Position numbers and translations under genes: made by a program. Below the pieces are notes generated by a model. It worked only from the letters and a program-made list of their open reading frames with translations, ran no database searches and had not been told where the DNA came from. Positions 1-9,060 of a stretch of 50,200 nucleotides of DNA are shown piece by piece. This DNA is from Gemmatimonadaceae bacterium (GTDB lineage Bacteria; Gemmatimonadota; Gemmatimonadetes; Gemmatimonadales; Gemmatimonadaceae): the NCBI GenBank assembly GCA_033763905.1, contig JANRJP010000067.1:1-50200 (forward strand). Direction: 5' to 3'. Every line of letters begins with the position of its first letter. Within the stretch, counting starts at the first letter, position 1.

Positions 1-213
1 CGCCTCGCGCGCTCGCCGCAGGTGCGGGCGCTGTCGGCCGCACTCGTCGCCGATGCCGCGTTCGAGCGGGGCGTGGTCCGGCTCCGCATTGCGGGTCGTC
101 AGGCGGCACGCGCAGTGCGCGAGGCCGAGGATGTGTTGATCGAGTTGGACGCCGCCGGCGCGTTTGCCGGTCTCTGGTTGCTCAACGTTCCACCTTGCCC
201 GGAGGGCGCGTGA
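1..213 (+). CDS. 3' end of a hypothetical protein (runs in from the window edge)
   Basis: Frame 1 is open from base 1 to TGA at 211-213. The stop overlaps the GTG of the next gene (GTGA). Confidence 0.55.
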   Translation, partial: RLARSPQVRALSAALVADAAFERGVVRLRIAGRQAARAVREAEDVLIELDAAGAFAGLWLLNVPPCPEGA

Positions 214-488
214 TCACGACGATCGTGCTGGTGAAGGCCGATCCCCGACAGATTCCCGTCACCGCCACGGCGCTGGCCGGCATCGACGGCGTCCGCGAGG
301 TCTACAGCGTCTCGGGCGAGTGGGACCTGGTGGTGATTGTGCGGGTGGCGGAGTACGAGCAGATCGCGCGCGTCGTGACCGAGAACTTTCCGCTGGTTCC
401 CGGCATCGAGCGGACCCAGACGCTCACGGCGTTCCGCGCCTACTCGCGCCGCGATCTCGAGCAGGCCTGGGACATCGGCGTCGAGTGA
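210..488 (+). CDS. Stand-alone Lrp/AsnC ligand-binding (RAM) domain protein
   Basis: GGAGGG RBS at 201-206 and GTG at 210. Motifs IDGVREVYSVSGEWDLVVIVRV and PGIERTQTL are typical of the AsnC C-terminal domain. No HTH. Confidence 0.85.
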   Translation: MITTIVLVKADPRQIPVTATALAGIDGVREVYSVSGEWDLVVIVRVAEYEQIARVVTENFPLVPGIERTQTLTAFRAYSRRDLEQAWDIGVE

Positions 489-1441
489 CGCCCGAGGCTG
501 CACGCCGCCTGCTCGCGTCGCTGGGCGCGCGTCCGGTGTCGGGCGCGGGCGGCTTGGAGTTGCAGCGGGACGCCAGCGCCGACCCGCCTCGCCTCGTCGA
601 TGCGGAGCTGCGGGAGTCGCGTCGCCTCGAAGTTCGCGCCGTGCCCGACGGCCAGGCGGCACGGGTCGACGCGTTTCTCGATGGCCGACAGGCGTCCCAG
701 GTCATAGCCCACGCGGGACTGGTGCCGCTCGTGCACGGGCACGTCGGCGCGGTGATTCGCGCCCGCCACGATCGCACGCTCTCGACTTGGCGCGCCAGCC
801 AGACCACGGCGATCTACCTGCCGCGCACCGTCGTCGCGCCCGACGTGTGGGCGCGCTGCGCCGAGGTCACTGAGGTTGTCGACACCTCGCGCGATGCGGC
901 CGATGGACCGCAACACCCCCTGGCGTGGGCCGATCGTGCCTACCATCAGGTGCAGGCGGCCCGGGAAGCGCTGGAGCACGCGCTCGCCGCCGAGTGGGTC
1001 GCGACGCAGGGCGGATTGCTCTATGTCGACGGCGGCATCGGCAAGGATGATCGCGTCGCCACCTCCCCGCAGGTGGTCGGCGTGATCAAGAGCCACCGCA
1101 CCCTCTACGTGGCCGGCGATGCCGTCGGTCTGCTCGCCTCGCTGCGCGCGGGCGAACGCACGACCGCGTTCGCGATCACGTCACCCCGTCGCACGACGGT
1201 GCTGAGTTGGTATCTGCGCCTGCGCGACCCGGACGGTCGCGAGCCGCTGTTCGGGCTCGTCCGGCTGGAGGTGGCGACCCGCGAGGGGGCAGCGGCAGGC
1301 GAACTGACCGCGCATCTCGATGCCATCTCGCGCGGTGTGCTGGCCGAGCGGGCCCCGGTGGCCTTGCCCGACCGCCGTTGGGCCGTGATGAGCTACGGCA
1401 TTCGCGACTGCGAAGAGTATCTGCGGGCGGTGATGGCGTAG
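485..1441 (+). CDS. nurA: NurA-like nuclease (RNase H-like fold)
   Basis: Acidic motifs AFLDG and LYVDG, VVGVIKSH, GLVRLEV, and a C-terminal IRDCEEYLR. Lies directly upstream of herA. GTGA overlap start. Confidence 0.75.
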   Translation: MTPEAARRLLASLGARPVSGAGGLELQRDASADPPRLVDAELRESRRLEVRAVPDGQAARVDAFLDGRQASQVIAHAGLVPLVHGHVGAVIRARHDRTLSTWRASQTTAIYLPRTVVAPDVWARCAEVTEVVDTSRDAADGPQHPLAWADRAYHQVQAAREALEHALAAEWVATQGGLLYVDGGIGKDDRVATSPQVVGVIKSHRTLYVAGDAVGLLASLRAGERTTAFAITSPRRTTVLSWYLRLRDPDGREPLFGLVRLEVATREGAAAGELTAHLDAISRGVLAERAPVALPDRRWAVMSYGIRDCEEYLRAVMA

Positions 1442-1526
1442 CCGCCACGACGGGCGACGGGCGGGCGTCGCCGATGCGCCGATCCGTGTAACTTTCGCAA
1501 CGCCCCCCACCCTCCGACTGCCTTCA

Positions 1527-3512
1527 GTGACCGACGCCCTGCCTGACGAGGTGCACGCCCCCGTGCTCGGTCGCGTCGTGGCCACCGAGAAGCGTCCGAA
1601 CACTCCGCATCAGTTCCACTTCTGGACCGCGGTGGACGCTCCGGTCGGGATCGGGACCATCGTCCGCGTTGTCGGGACGCATCCGGTGTCAGGCGTGATT
1701 CCGTCGATCTACGGCGTGATCACCGACGCGCTCGGCTACAGTGATCTGGAATCGCCGTTGCACGATGTGCTCGGCGCCGATGGGTCGCCCGCGACGGCGA
1801 ACGCCGCCCCCACGCGCCGCACCGAGATTCGGCTGTACACCGCCGCCGTGCTGCGACAGGTGCCGGACGAGCCGATGCAGCCGGTGCCGATGGGACAGGT
1901 GTTTCTGGCCGACGATCAGGACGTCGCGATCGCGCTGCGGATGGACGGCTATCTGCGTGAGGGTGCGCGCACCGGCATTCCGGTGGGCGTCTATACCGCG
2001 GGCGGGATGCAGGCCCCGATCTACCTGGACGCCGACTTCCTCCTCGGCCCCGAAGCGGCGCACGCCACCCTGACCGGCGTGTCGGGCCTCGCCACGAAGA
2101 CCAGCGCCGTGGAGTTCCTGCTGCAGTCGATCTTCACACACTTCCCCGCGCAGAAGGGCAAGGTGGCGGCGGTCTGCTTCAACGTGAAGGGACCGGATCT
2201 CTGCTATCTCGATATGCCGGGCGAGATCGACGATCAGGATCGCGCCTTGTATGCGGCGCTGGGCATTCCCGCGACGCCCTTCGAGCGAGTGCAGTACTTC
2301 GCGCCCTACACGGCGCGCGGTGGCGTGCTCAACACGGCGCGCGCCCATCCCGATCTGCTGCACAACGTGTCGCCGCTGACCTGGGGACTCACGCAGGTCT
2401 TGCAGTACGCCGAAGTGCTGCTCAACAAGGATGACGTCGATGCCAAGGCCGACGCCCTGATCGACTTCATTCGCGAGCAGGTGGTGGAGCGCGAGTTCAG
2501 CGACGGGATGTTGGCCCGCTCGCATCTGGTGCGATCGTTCGCGGAACTCGACGACTGGTTCAAGGACGTGTTGCGGGCGCTGGAGCAGAAGGACGACCAG
2601 TCGTGGCGCACGCATCACGTGGCGACGATCCGCAAGGTGCGCAACCGGCTGATCAACATCGCCACGCGCTGCGCGGGGTTGGTGACGGATGACGGCTCGG
2701 CGAGCGATCTGCCCTTTGAAGGCGGCTTCGCTGATCGCACGGTCTACGTCGTCGACGTCGCGAACCTCGAGGAGGACGCGCAGGATCTCGTCTTCGCGCG
2801 CGTGGTGTCACGCCTGCGCGAACAACTCGAACGGCGCGAGCTCGGGGTCGATCACGTGATCGTCTTCGTCGACGAGCTCAACAAGTACGCGCCCTCCGAT
2901 GCGCCCGACACCTACGTGCGGCAGATGCTGCTCGACATCGCGGAACGCGGGCGCTATCTGGGCCTGGTGCTCTTTGGCGCGCAGCAGTTCCGCTCGCAGG
3001 TGCATCGGCGCGTGGTGGGCAACGCCGGCACGTCGCTCTTCGGACGGATGGACGCCGACGAGCTGGCCGCGCCGGGATACGCCACGCTGAGTCCGGCCAT
3101 TCGCACGAAGCTCTCGGCGCTCGAAAAGGGCACGCTGATGGTGCGACATCCGCACTTCACGCAGCCGGTCTTCGTGCGGTTCCCGCGGCCCGCGATTCTC
3201 CGCGGTCGGGACGGCGCCGACCGCTGGCCGCGGCAGCACGACGCGTCGCTCGACGCCGCGGTCTATGCGCGCCTGTGGCAACTCGATGCCTCGGCGACGC
3301 TGCCCTTGGTACAGGACCAGCTCGCGCTGCATGACGAAAAGGCCGTGCTGAAGGCGCTCCGCGCCACCGAGCTCGCACGCCCCAAGGAACCGATCAAGTT
3401 CTTCCTGTCCCAGTTGGGTCGTCGCGTCGCGGCGAGTTCGCCGATTCGCCCGGAGCCACGCCGCCCCGTCCAGGCCGGACCTGCGGACGATCCGTACGGT
3501 TTCGGCGACTGA
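1527..3512 (+). CDS. herA: HerA-family ATPase/helicase
   Basis: N-terminal HAS-barrel-like beta region, variant Walker A GVSGLATKTS, FNVKG, Walker B IVFVDELNKYAP, and ERGRYLGLVLFGAQQ (Arg finger/Q motif). Confidence 0.85.
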   Translation: MTDALPDEVHAPVLGRVVATEKRPNTPHQFHFWTAVDAPVGIGTIVRVVGTHPVSGVIPSIYGVITDALGYSDLESPLHDVLGADGSPATANAAPTRRTEIRLYTAAVLRQVPDEPMQPVPMGQVFLADDQDVAIALRMDGYLREGARTGIPVGVYTAGGMQAPIYLDADFLLGPEAAHATLTGVSGLATKTSAVEFLLQSIFTHFPAQKGKVAAVCFNVKGPDLCYLDMPGEIDDQDRALYAALGIPATPFERVQYFAPYTARGGVLNTARAHPDLLHNVSPLTWGLTQVLQYAEVLLNKDDVDAKADALIDFIREQVVEREFSDGMLARSHLVRSFAELDDWFKDVLRALEQKDDQSWRTHHVATIRKVRNRLINIATRCAGLVTDDGSASDLPFEGGFADRTVYVVDVANLEEDAQDLVFARVVSRLREQLERRELGVDHVIVFVDELNKYAPSDAPDTYVRQMLLDIAERGRYLGLVLFGAQQFRSQVHRRVVGNAGTSLFGRMDADELAAPGYATLSPAIRTKLSALEKGTLMVRHPHFTQPVFVRFPRPAILRGRDGADRWPRQHDASLDAAVYARLWQLDASATLPLVQDQLALHDEKAVLKALRATELARPKEPIKFFLSQLGRRVAASSPIRPEPRRPVQAGPADDPYGFGD

Positions 3513-3525
3513 GGCACCGGCTGCC

Positions 3526-4740
3526 GTGCGCCTCGTCCACCTGTCCGATCTGCATCTGGGATTCCGCCGCTATCAGCGGATGAACGGTGTCGGCATCAAT
3601 CAGCGCGAAGCCGACGTCGCGCAGGCGTTGATTCGCACCGTGGACGCCATCATCGCCCGGCAGCCGGAACTGATCGTCTTTGGCGGCGACATCTTTCACG
3701 TCGTTCGGCCGAGCAATACGGCGATCGTCTTCGCCTACTTGCAGATCAAGCGGCTGGTCGACGCACTCCCGAACGCGATCCTCGTGATGGTCGCAGGCAA
3801 TCACGACACGCCGCGCACGCGCGAGATGGGGTCGATCTTGTCGCTGTTCACGCAGCTCGGGGTGCACGTCGCCGATCGGGAGCCGAGGCGCTTCGTGTTC
3901 CCCGAGCGTGAGCTCTCGGTACTCGCGGTGCCGGAGGCCTTCTCGGAGCGGCCGGCACTGACCCGCGACGAGTCGCAGCGATTCAACGTGCTGGTGCTGC
4001 ACGGCGAGATCGCCGGCCAGATTCCCGCCGACACGCGTGAGGGGGATCGCGCGACGACGATCTGGCAGCCGGACGATCTCACGGCGGCGTGGGACTATAT
4101 CGCGCTCGGCCACTATCACGTCTACCAGCAGATCCGGCCGAATGCGTGGTACTCCGGGGCAATCGAGTACACGAGTCTCAATCCGTGGGCCGAGCAGCGC
4201 ACCGAGAAGGCCGCCGGGCTGAGCGGGAAGGGCTTCATCGAGCACGATCTCGTCACGAAGGCCCATCAATTCCACGTCGTCCCCGGGACTCGGCGGCATC
4301 TGGACCTGCCCGCCGTTGACGCCGCCGGCCTCACGGCCCCCGAAGTGGACGCGGCGATCGATGCCACGATCGGCAAGGTGCGGGGCGGCATCGACGATGC
4401 CGTGGTGCGCCTGTTCGTCAACAACCTGCCCAAGCACATCCAGCGCGAGCTCGACCCGAAGAAGCTGCGGGACTACCGTGCGCGCGCGCTCAACTTCCAG
4501 TTCGAACCGCGCAAGCCGGATGCGCTGGCCAGTCGACGCGGCGAAGGCGCACCCGGCGGGCGGCGCACCCGCTCGCTGGCGGAGCTGGTGACCGAGCACT
4601 TCCGCGGGCGGGCGCTCGACCCCGACCTCGATCGCGAGGCACTCGTGACGCTCGCCCTGCAGTATCTCGCCGCTGCGGATGATGGCGGCCGCGACGTCGT
4701 GACGCCCGAGGCTGCGGGGCTTCCGGGAGACGCCCCGTGA
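3526..4740 (+). CDS. sbcD: Mre11/SbcD family DNA repair nuclease
   Basis: Metallophosphoesterase motifs HLSDLHLG, GGDIFH, AGNHD, LHG, YIALGHYH and YSGAIE. Confidence 0.92.
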   Translation: MRLVHLSDLHLGFRRYQRMNGVGINQREADVAQALIRTVDAIIARQPELIVFGGDIFHVVRPSNTAIVFAYLQIKRLVDALPNAILVMVAGNHDTPRTREMGSILSLFTQLGVHVADREPRRFVFPERELSVLAVPEAFSERPALTRDESQRFNVLVLHGEIAGQIPADTREGDRATTIWQPDDLTAAWDYIALGHYHVYQQIRPNAWYSGAIEYTSLNPWAEQRTEKAAGLSGKGFIEHDLVTKAHQFHVVPGTRRHLDLPAVDAAGLTAPEVDAAIDATIGKVRGGIDDAVVRLFVNNLPKHIQRELDPKKLRDYRARALNFQFEPRKPDALASRRGEGAPGGRRTRSLAELVTEHFRGRALDPDLDREALVTLALQYLAAADDGGRDVVTPEAAGLPGDAP

Positions 4741-7172
4741 AGCTCAACGCCATCCGACTTCAGAACTTCCGGCAGCACGCCGACACCCGCGTGGCCTTCG
4801 ACAGCGGCCTGACCGGCGTGATCGGGGCGAACGGCTCGGGGAAGTCCACGATCCTCGAAGCGATCGCGTGGGCGCTCTACGGCAATGCGGCCGCGCGCGG
4901 CACCCGCGACTCGATTCGCTTCCAACGGGCGGGCGCGCGCGCGGTCGTCCGCGTCGAACTCGAGTTCGAGCTCGGGGGACATCGCTACCGCGTGGTGCGA
5001 GGCCTCACCTCGGCGGAGCTGTATCTCGATGGCGCCGAGTCCCCAGTGGCGAACTCGATTACCGGCGTGACCGAGTTCCTGCAGCGCCGCCTCGGGATGT
5101 CGCGCGAGGAGTTCTTTCACACCTACTTCACCGGGCAGAAGGAACTCGACGTGATGGCGGCGTTGTCGCCGGCCGAACGCGGACAGTTCTTGTCGCGCGT
5201 GCTTGGCTACGAGCGATTGCGGACCGCGCAGGCGCAGACGCGGGAGCGGCGCAAGACGATCGTGAGCGAGATCACCGGGCTCAAGGCCGCGATGCGGGAT
5301 CCGGCCGTGCTCGATCAGGAGTGGGCCGAGGTGCGCGCGCGCGTGGAGGTGGCCGAGCGGGCGGAACAGGGAGCGCAGCAGCGGGCGGCCGAGGCCGAAC
5401 GCTCGCTGGTGGTGCTGGGCCCCGCGTACGACCAAGAAGTGGCACGCCGAGATCGCCATACCGCGCGTGAGGCGGAGCGGCGCGGGCTGGACGTGGAGCG
5501 GCAGGGCTTGGAGCAGTTGATCGCCCGGAACGCGCGGGACGCGGCCGACGTCGCGACCGCAGCGGCGGAGCTCCAGGCGGTCGCCGCGCAGCTGGCCCCG
5601 CTCTCGAGTGTGCTCGAAGAGTTTCAGGCACTGGAGGCGCTCGCGCGCGATGACGGCCGCCGGCGCGTCCTCGTGGACAACGAGCGCGACGCACAGGGCG
5701 AACTCGCGCGGATGCGCGAGCGCCTCGCGCAGTTGGCGCCTGCGCCAGCACTCGAGGTCGAAACGGCCGCGCGATTCGAGGTGGTGACGCGCACGCTCGC
5801 CGAGCTGGATGCGACGCTCGTGGCGCAACGCTCGACCTACGATCGCGACCGGCAGGAAGCCGAGACCAAGCGCATCGCCCTCCGGCAGCAGTACCTCGAG
5901 CTGCAGGAGCAGCGCGAGCGCTTCGTGCAACTGGGCGCCGACGGCATCTGTCCGACCTGTGCGCGACCGCTCGGTGAGTCCTTCCGTGCGGTGCTCGATC
6001 AGTTGGATTCGCAGATCGAGGCCGTCGAAATGGACGGCAAGTACTACAAGGCGCGGATGGAGCAGTTGGAGGCGCCGCCGGAAGCCCTGCGGACGCTGGA
6101 CGAGCAGCGGGCGGCCGCGCAGCGCGAGCTGCAGTCGCTGGTGGCGAAGCGGGCGAAGATCGCGAACGCCATCGAGGAACTGCGCACCCTCGAAGGGACC
6201 ATCACCGCGAAGGCCGAGCGCCTCGTGGCGCTGCAAGCCGAGCTGGCGGCCGCAGCTGCCGGCTATGATCCGGTGCGGCACGCCGCGGTGCGTCAACGGG
6301 TCGAGCAGCTCTCGGCGCTGGAGCGCCGCGCGGCGCTGCTGAGCGCGGCCACCGAGCGCGGGCCGTCGATCGACATCGAACGCCGCCAGCTGGAGGAGCG
6401 TCGGGCGGCGCTCGTGGCGCGTGCGGATGCGATGACGGCCGAGGCCGCGACGGATCCCTTCGACCCGGCCGCCTTCGAGGCCGCGCGTGCGGCGATCGAT
6501 GGCGCGCGCGCCGAGCAGCGGGCGGCCGAACTGGCGTTGGTGACCGCGCGCGCCGAGGCGCGGAGCGCCCGCGACGCGCGGGATCGCGTGGCCGCCGAGC
6601 GTGACGCCCAAGCGGCCGCGCGGGCGCGACTCGAGGCCCTGAGCGTCGAACGCCGATTGCACGAGGAGCTGGATCGGGGCTACACCGACCTTCGGACCGA
6701 CCTCAATATGCAGCTTCGTCCGGAACTCTCGGAGCTGGCGAGTGCGTTCTTGTCGGAGCTGACCGACGGTCGGTACGGCGAGCTCGAGCTCGACGATCAG
6801 TACGCCCTCGTCGTCCTGGAGGACGGAGTGCCAAAGCCCGTGATCTCGGGGGGCGAAGAGGATCTGGCCAACCTGGTGCTTCGGCTCGCGATCTCGCAGA
6901 TGATCGCCGAGCGGTCCGGGCAACCGTTCTCGTTGCTGGTGCTCGACGAGGTGTTCGGCTCGCTCGACGACGTGCGCCGCGACCACGTGCTGGGGCTCCT
7001 CCGGCGCCTGAATGACCGGTTCGAGCAGGTCATTGTGATCACGCATATCGACTCCGTCCGCGAAGGGCTGGACCGCGTGTTGGAGGTGCAGCTGGACCCC
7101 GAGACCGGCGTTTCGCGGGTGGTCGACCCCGAACGTGAGGTCGAAGGACCGCTGTTGGCGGAGGTCGGCTGA
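4737..7172 (+). CDS. sbcC: Rad50/SbcC family SMC ATPase
   Basis: Walker A GANGSGKS, Q-loop FTGQ, long coiled coils with a central Zn-hook CPTC, signature ISGGE, Walker B LLVLDEVFGSLD, and ITH. Confidence 0.93.
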   Translation: MKLNAIRLQNFRQHADTRVAFDSGLTGVIGANGSGKSTILEAIAWALYGNAAARGTRDSIRFQRAGARAVVRVELEFELGGHRYRVVRGLTSAELYLDGAESPVANSITGVTEFLQRRLGMSREEFFHTYFTGQKELDVMAALSPAERGQFLSRVLGYERLRTAQAQTRERRKTIVSEITGLKAAMRDPAVLDQEWAEVRARVEVAERAEQGAQQRAAEAERSLVVLGPAYDQEVARRDRHTAREAERRGLDVERQGLEQLIARNARDAADVATAAAELQAVAAQLAPLSSVLEEFQALEALARDDGRRRVLVDNERDAQGELARMRERLAQLAPAPALEVETAARFEVVTRTLAELDATLVAQRSTYDRDRQEAETKRIALRQQYLELQEQRERFVQLGADGICPTCARPLGESFRAVLDQLDSQIEAVEMDGKYYKARMEQLEAPPEALRTLDEQRAAAQRELQSLVAKRAKIANAIEELRTLEGTITAKAERLVALQAELAAAAAGYDPVRHAAVRQRVEQLSALERRAALLSAATERGPSIDIERRQLEERRAALVARADAMTAEAATDPFDPAAFEAARAAIDGARAEQRAAELALVTARAEARSARDARDRVAAERDAQAAARARLEALSVERRLHEELDRGYTDLRTDLNMQLRPELSELASAFLSELTDGRYGELELDDQYALVVLEDGVPKPVISGGEEDLANLVLRLAISQMIAERSGQPFSLLVLDEVFGSLDDVRRDHVLGLLRRLNDRFEQVIVITHIDSVREGLDRVLEVQLDPETGVSRVVDPEREVEGPLLAEVG

Positions 7173-8143
7173 TGGCGTTGCCGCGATCCCTGCGTCCCTC
7201 GCGCGCCGTCGGCCCCCAGCCGATCACGCCGACCGACATTGCGCCGCTCAATGCGGTCTTCAGCGATGCGTTCACCGAGCGGTATCGTCGCGATGGGCTC
7301 GTTGGGGTGCGCGTCCCCTATCTCAATCCGCTGATTTGGCGCTTCGCGATCGAGGATGCCGGCGACGGCGCGATGCTCTGGCGCGATGACCGCGGTCAGA
7401 TCATCGCGTTCAACGTGGCGCATCTGTCGGGTCGCGAAGGGTGGATGGGGCCGCTGGCCGTGAAGCCCGAGTGGCAGGGCCAGGGACTCGGGCGCGAGAT
7501 CGTGGAGGCCGGCATTCAGTGGCTCACGGCGGCGGGCGCGACCACGATCGGGCTCGAGACGATGCCGCGCACGATGGACAACATCGGCTTCTATTCCCAG
7601 CTGGGCTTCGTGCCGGGGCGGCTGACGATCACGGTGACCCTGGAGGCAGCGCCGGCGGACGGCGGCGGCGTCCGGCTGGCCTCACTTGGCGGGTCAGCGC
7701 GCGCCGACGCGGTGCGAGCCTGCACCGCGCTCGCTGGCGCCGTAGCACCGGGTCACGACTATCATCGCGAAATCGACATCACGCACGCCCTGTCGCTCGG
7801 CGATACGGTGCTGATCCACGAACGCGACGAGATCGTGGGGTTTGCCCTGTGCCACTCGGCGCCGCTGGTAGAGGGCCGCGCGCGCGAGGAGTTGCGCGTG
7901 CTCAAGCTCGTGCTGACCCACGATCGGCACGCCCCGACGATGTTCCGCGCGCTCGGGGCGATGGCACGCGACAGTGGGTGTCGCCGGTGGGCGGTTCGCG
8001 TCCAAGGGGAGTGCGAACAGTTCTATCGCCAACTCGTCCAGGCGGGGGGTCGTGTCCGGTGGACGGATCTGCGGATGGCGCTGGCGTCGCATCCGGAGGT
8101 GCCGCGCCGCAGCGGTGTGCTCTTGTCGAACTGGGAAATCTGA
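7172..8143 (+). CDS. GNAT family N-acetyltransferase
   Basis: Acetyl-CoA motif LAVKPEWQGQGLGREIV and FYSQLGF. TGATG overlap with the Rad50 gene. Confidence 0.85.
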   Translation: MALPRSLRPSRAVGPQPITPTDIAPLNAVFSDAFTERYRRDGLVGVRVPYLNPLIWRFAIEDAGDGAMLWRDDRGQIIAFNVAHLSGREGWMGPLAVKPEWQGQGLGREIVEAGIQWLTAAGATTIGLETMPRTMDNIGFYSQLGFVPGRLTITVTLEAAPADGGGVRLASLGGSARADAVRACTALAGAVAPGHDYHREIDITHALSLGDTVLIHERDEIVGFALCHSAPLVEGRAREELRVLKLVLTHDRHAPTMFRALGAMARDSGCRRWAVRVQGECEQFYRQLVQAGGRVRWTDLRMALASHPEVPRRSGVLLSNWEI

Positions 8144-8149
8144 GCGCGA

Positions 8150-8311
8150 TCAGCGCTTGGGCGCGTCGCGGTCGACGATGCGCCAGATCAGCCCGAAGAC
8201 ACCGAGCGTGAGCAGGAAATGGAACCAGCCCGGCGGCTCAAGCAGCCACGTGCCGGCGGCCCAGCCGATCAGCAGCGCAATCGCGCCGAGGGTCAAGAGA
8301 TCAGTGCGCAA
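8150..8311 (-). CDS. Small 53-aa membrane protein (not in the ORF track)
   Basis: Hand translation from TTG at 8311 gives MRTDLLTLGAIALLIGWAAGTWLLEPPGWFHFLLTLGVFGLIWRIVDRDAPKR*. Two hydrophobic segments and GC-rich third positions. Confidence 0.65.
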   Translation of the reverse strand: MRTDLLTLGAIALLIGWAAGTWLLEPPGWFHFLLTLGVFGLIWRIVDRDAPKR

Positions 8312-8349
8312 GCCGATAATCTACTGTGCGGCGCCACGTTTCGCGCCGC

Positions 8350-8377
8350 TTGCGCGGCGTGGGGCAGGACTCATATT
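8350..8377 (+). promoter_or_regulatory. Possible sigma70-type promoter
   Basis: TTGCGC (8350-8355), 16-nt spacer, CATATT (8372-8377), just upstream of the structured element. Confidence 0.35.
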
Positions 8378-8392
8378 GCATCGCAGTTCGCA

Positions 8393-8560
8393 GGGATCGC
8401 AGCGGCCTCATTTTTTGAGCCATAAGTCCTTCGAAGGGGGTCGAAAAACCGTTCTCGACGACACGCCCCAGTGCGGGGAAGTCGGAAGGATGCGGTGAGA
8501 CTCTTAGCTGCCGGCAACGGTCGCTTTCGACAGGGCTTCAAAAAACCCCGCTCCGGTTCC
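8393..8560 (+). ncRNA. Candidate structured non-coding RNA or 5' leader (family not recognised; strand inferred)
   Basis: Nested complementary segments: GGGATCG/CGGTTCC, AGCGG/CCGCT, TTTTTTGA/TCAAAAAA, GTCGAAA/TTTCGAC and ACCGTT/AACGGT, plus inner hairpins. Confidence 0.45.
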
Positions 8561-8567
8561 GTTGTCC

Positions 8568-8599
8568 CGATGCCCGGTACGCTTGCGTACCGGGCATCG
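8568..8599. terminator. Perfect 15-bp inverted repeat (terminator/attenuator-like hairpin)
   Basis: CGATGCCCGGTACGC-TT-GCGTACCGGGCATCG. The following U-tract is weak. Confidence 0.55.
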
Positions 8600-8646
8600 T
8601 GGCGTTTGGCGGGAACCCCGCCGCGCGCCGTGCGCTTTATTCGGTG

Positions 8647-9060
8647 ATGCCTGACGTTACCGTCACGCGACGCCTGCGCTTCAACGCGGCGCATCGCGTC
8701 CACAATCCGTCGCTCAGCGACGCCGAGAATACCGCGCTGTTCGGCAAGTGCAACCACCCGAACTGGCACGGGCACAACTACGTCCTGGAGGTCTCGGTCA
8801 CGGGACCCATCGACCCCGTGAGCGGGTACGTGGTCGATCTGGGCCGCGTCCGCGAGATCGTCGAGCGCGACGTGATCGAGCAGGTCGATCACCGCAACCT
8901 GAATCTCGATGTCCCGTTCTTGGCGGGAACCAATCCGACCAGCGAGAACATCATCGTGGCGATGTGGCGGGTGATCGAGCCCACGCTGAAGCCCGCTCGC
9001 CTCTCGCGACTCCGCCTCTGGGAAACCGAGAACAACTATGTCGAGTACGAAGGCCGCTAA
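8647..9060 (+). CDS. 6-pyruvoyl-tetrahydropterin synthase family protein (PTPS-II-type motif; QueD/PTPS family)
   Basis: [20 protein letters not shown] (Cx5HGH), DHRNLN, PTSEN and LWETENN. Confidence 0.9.
   Translation: MPDVTVTRRLRFNAAHRVHNPSLSDAENTALFGKCNHPNWHGHNYVLEVSVTGPIDPVSGYVVDLGRVREIVERDVIEQVDHRNLNLDVPFLAGTNPTSENIIVAMWRVIEPTLKPARLSRLRLWETENNYVEYEGR

Noticed and set aside
8479..8496. SRP RNA-like GTCGGAAGGATGCGG motif
   Set aside because: The GGAA loop is present, but the conserved helix-8 flanks (CAGG...AGCAG) and pairing are not.
8647..9060. Calling the gene queD
   Set aside because: Active-site spacing is Cx5HGH rather than Cx3HGH, and no queC/E/F genes are nearby.
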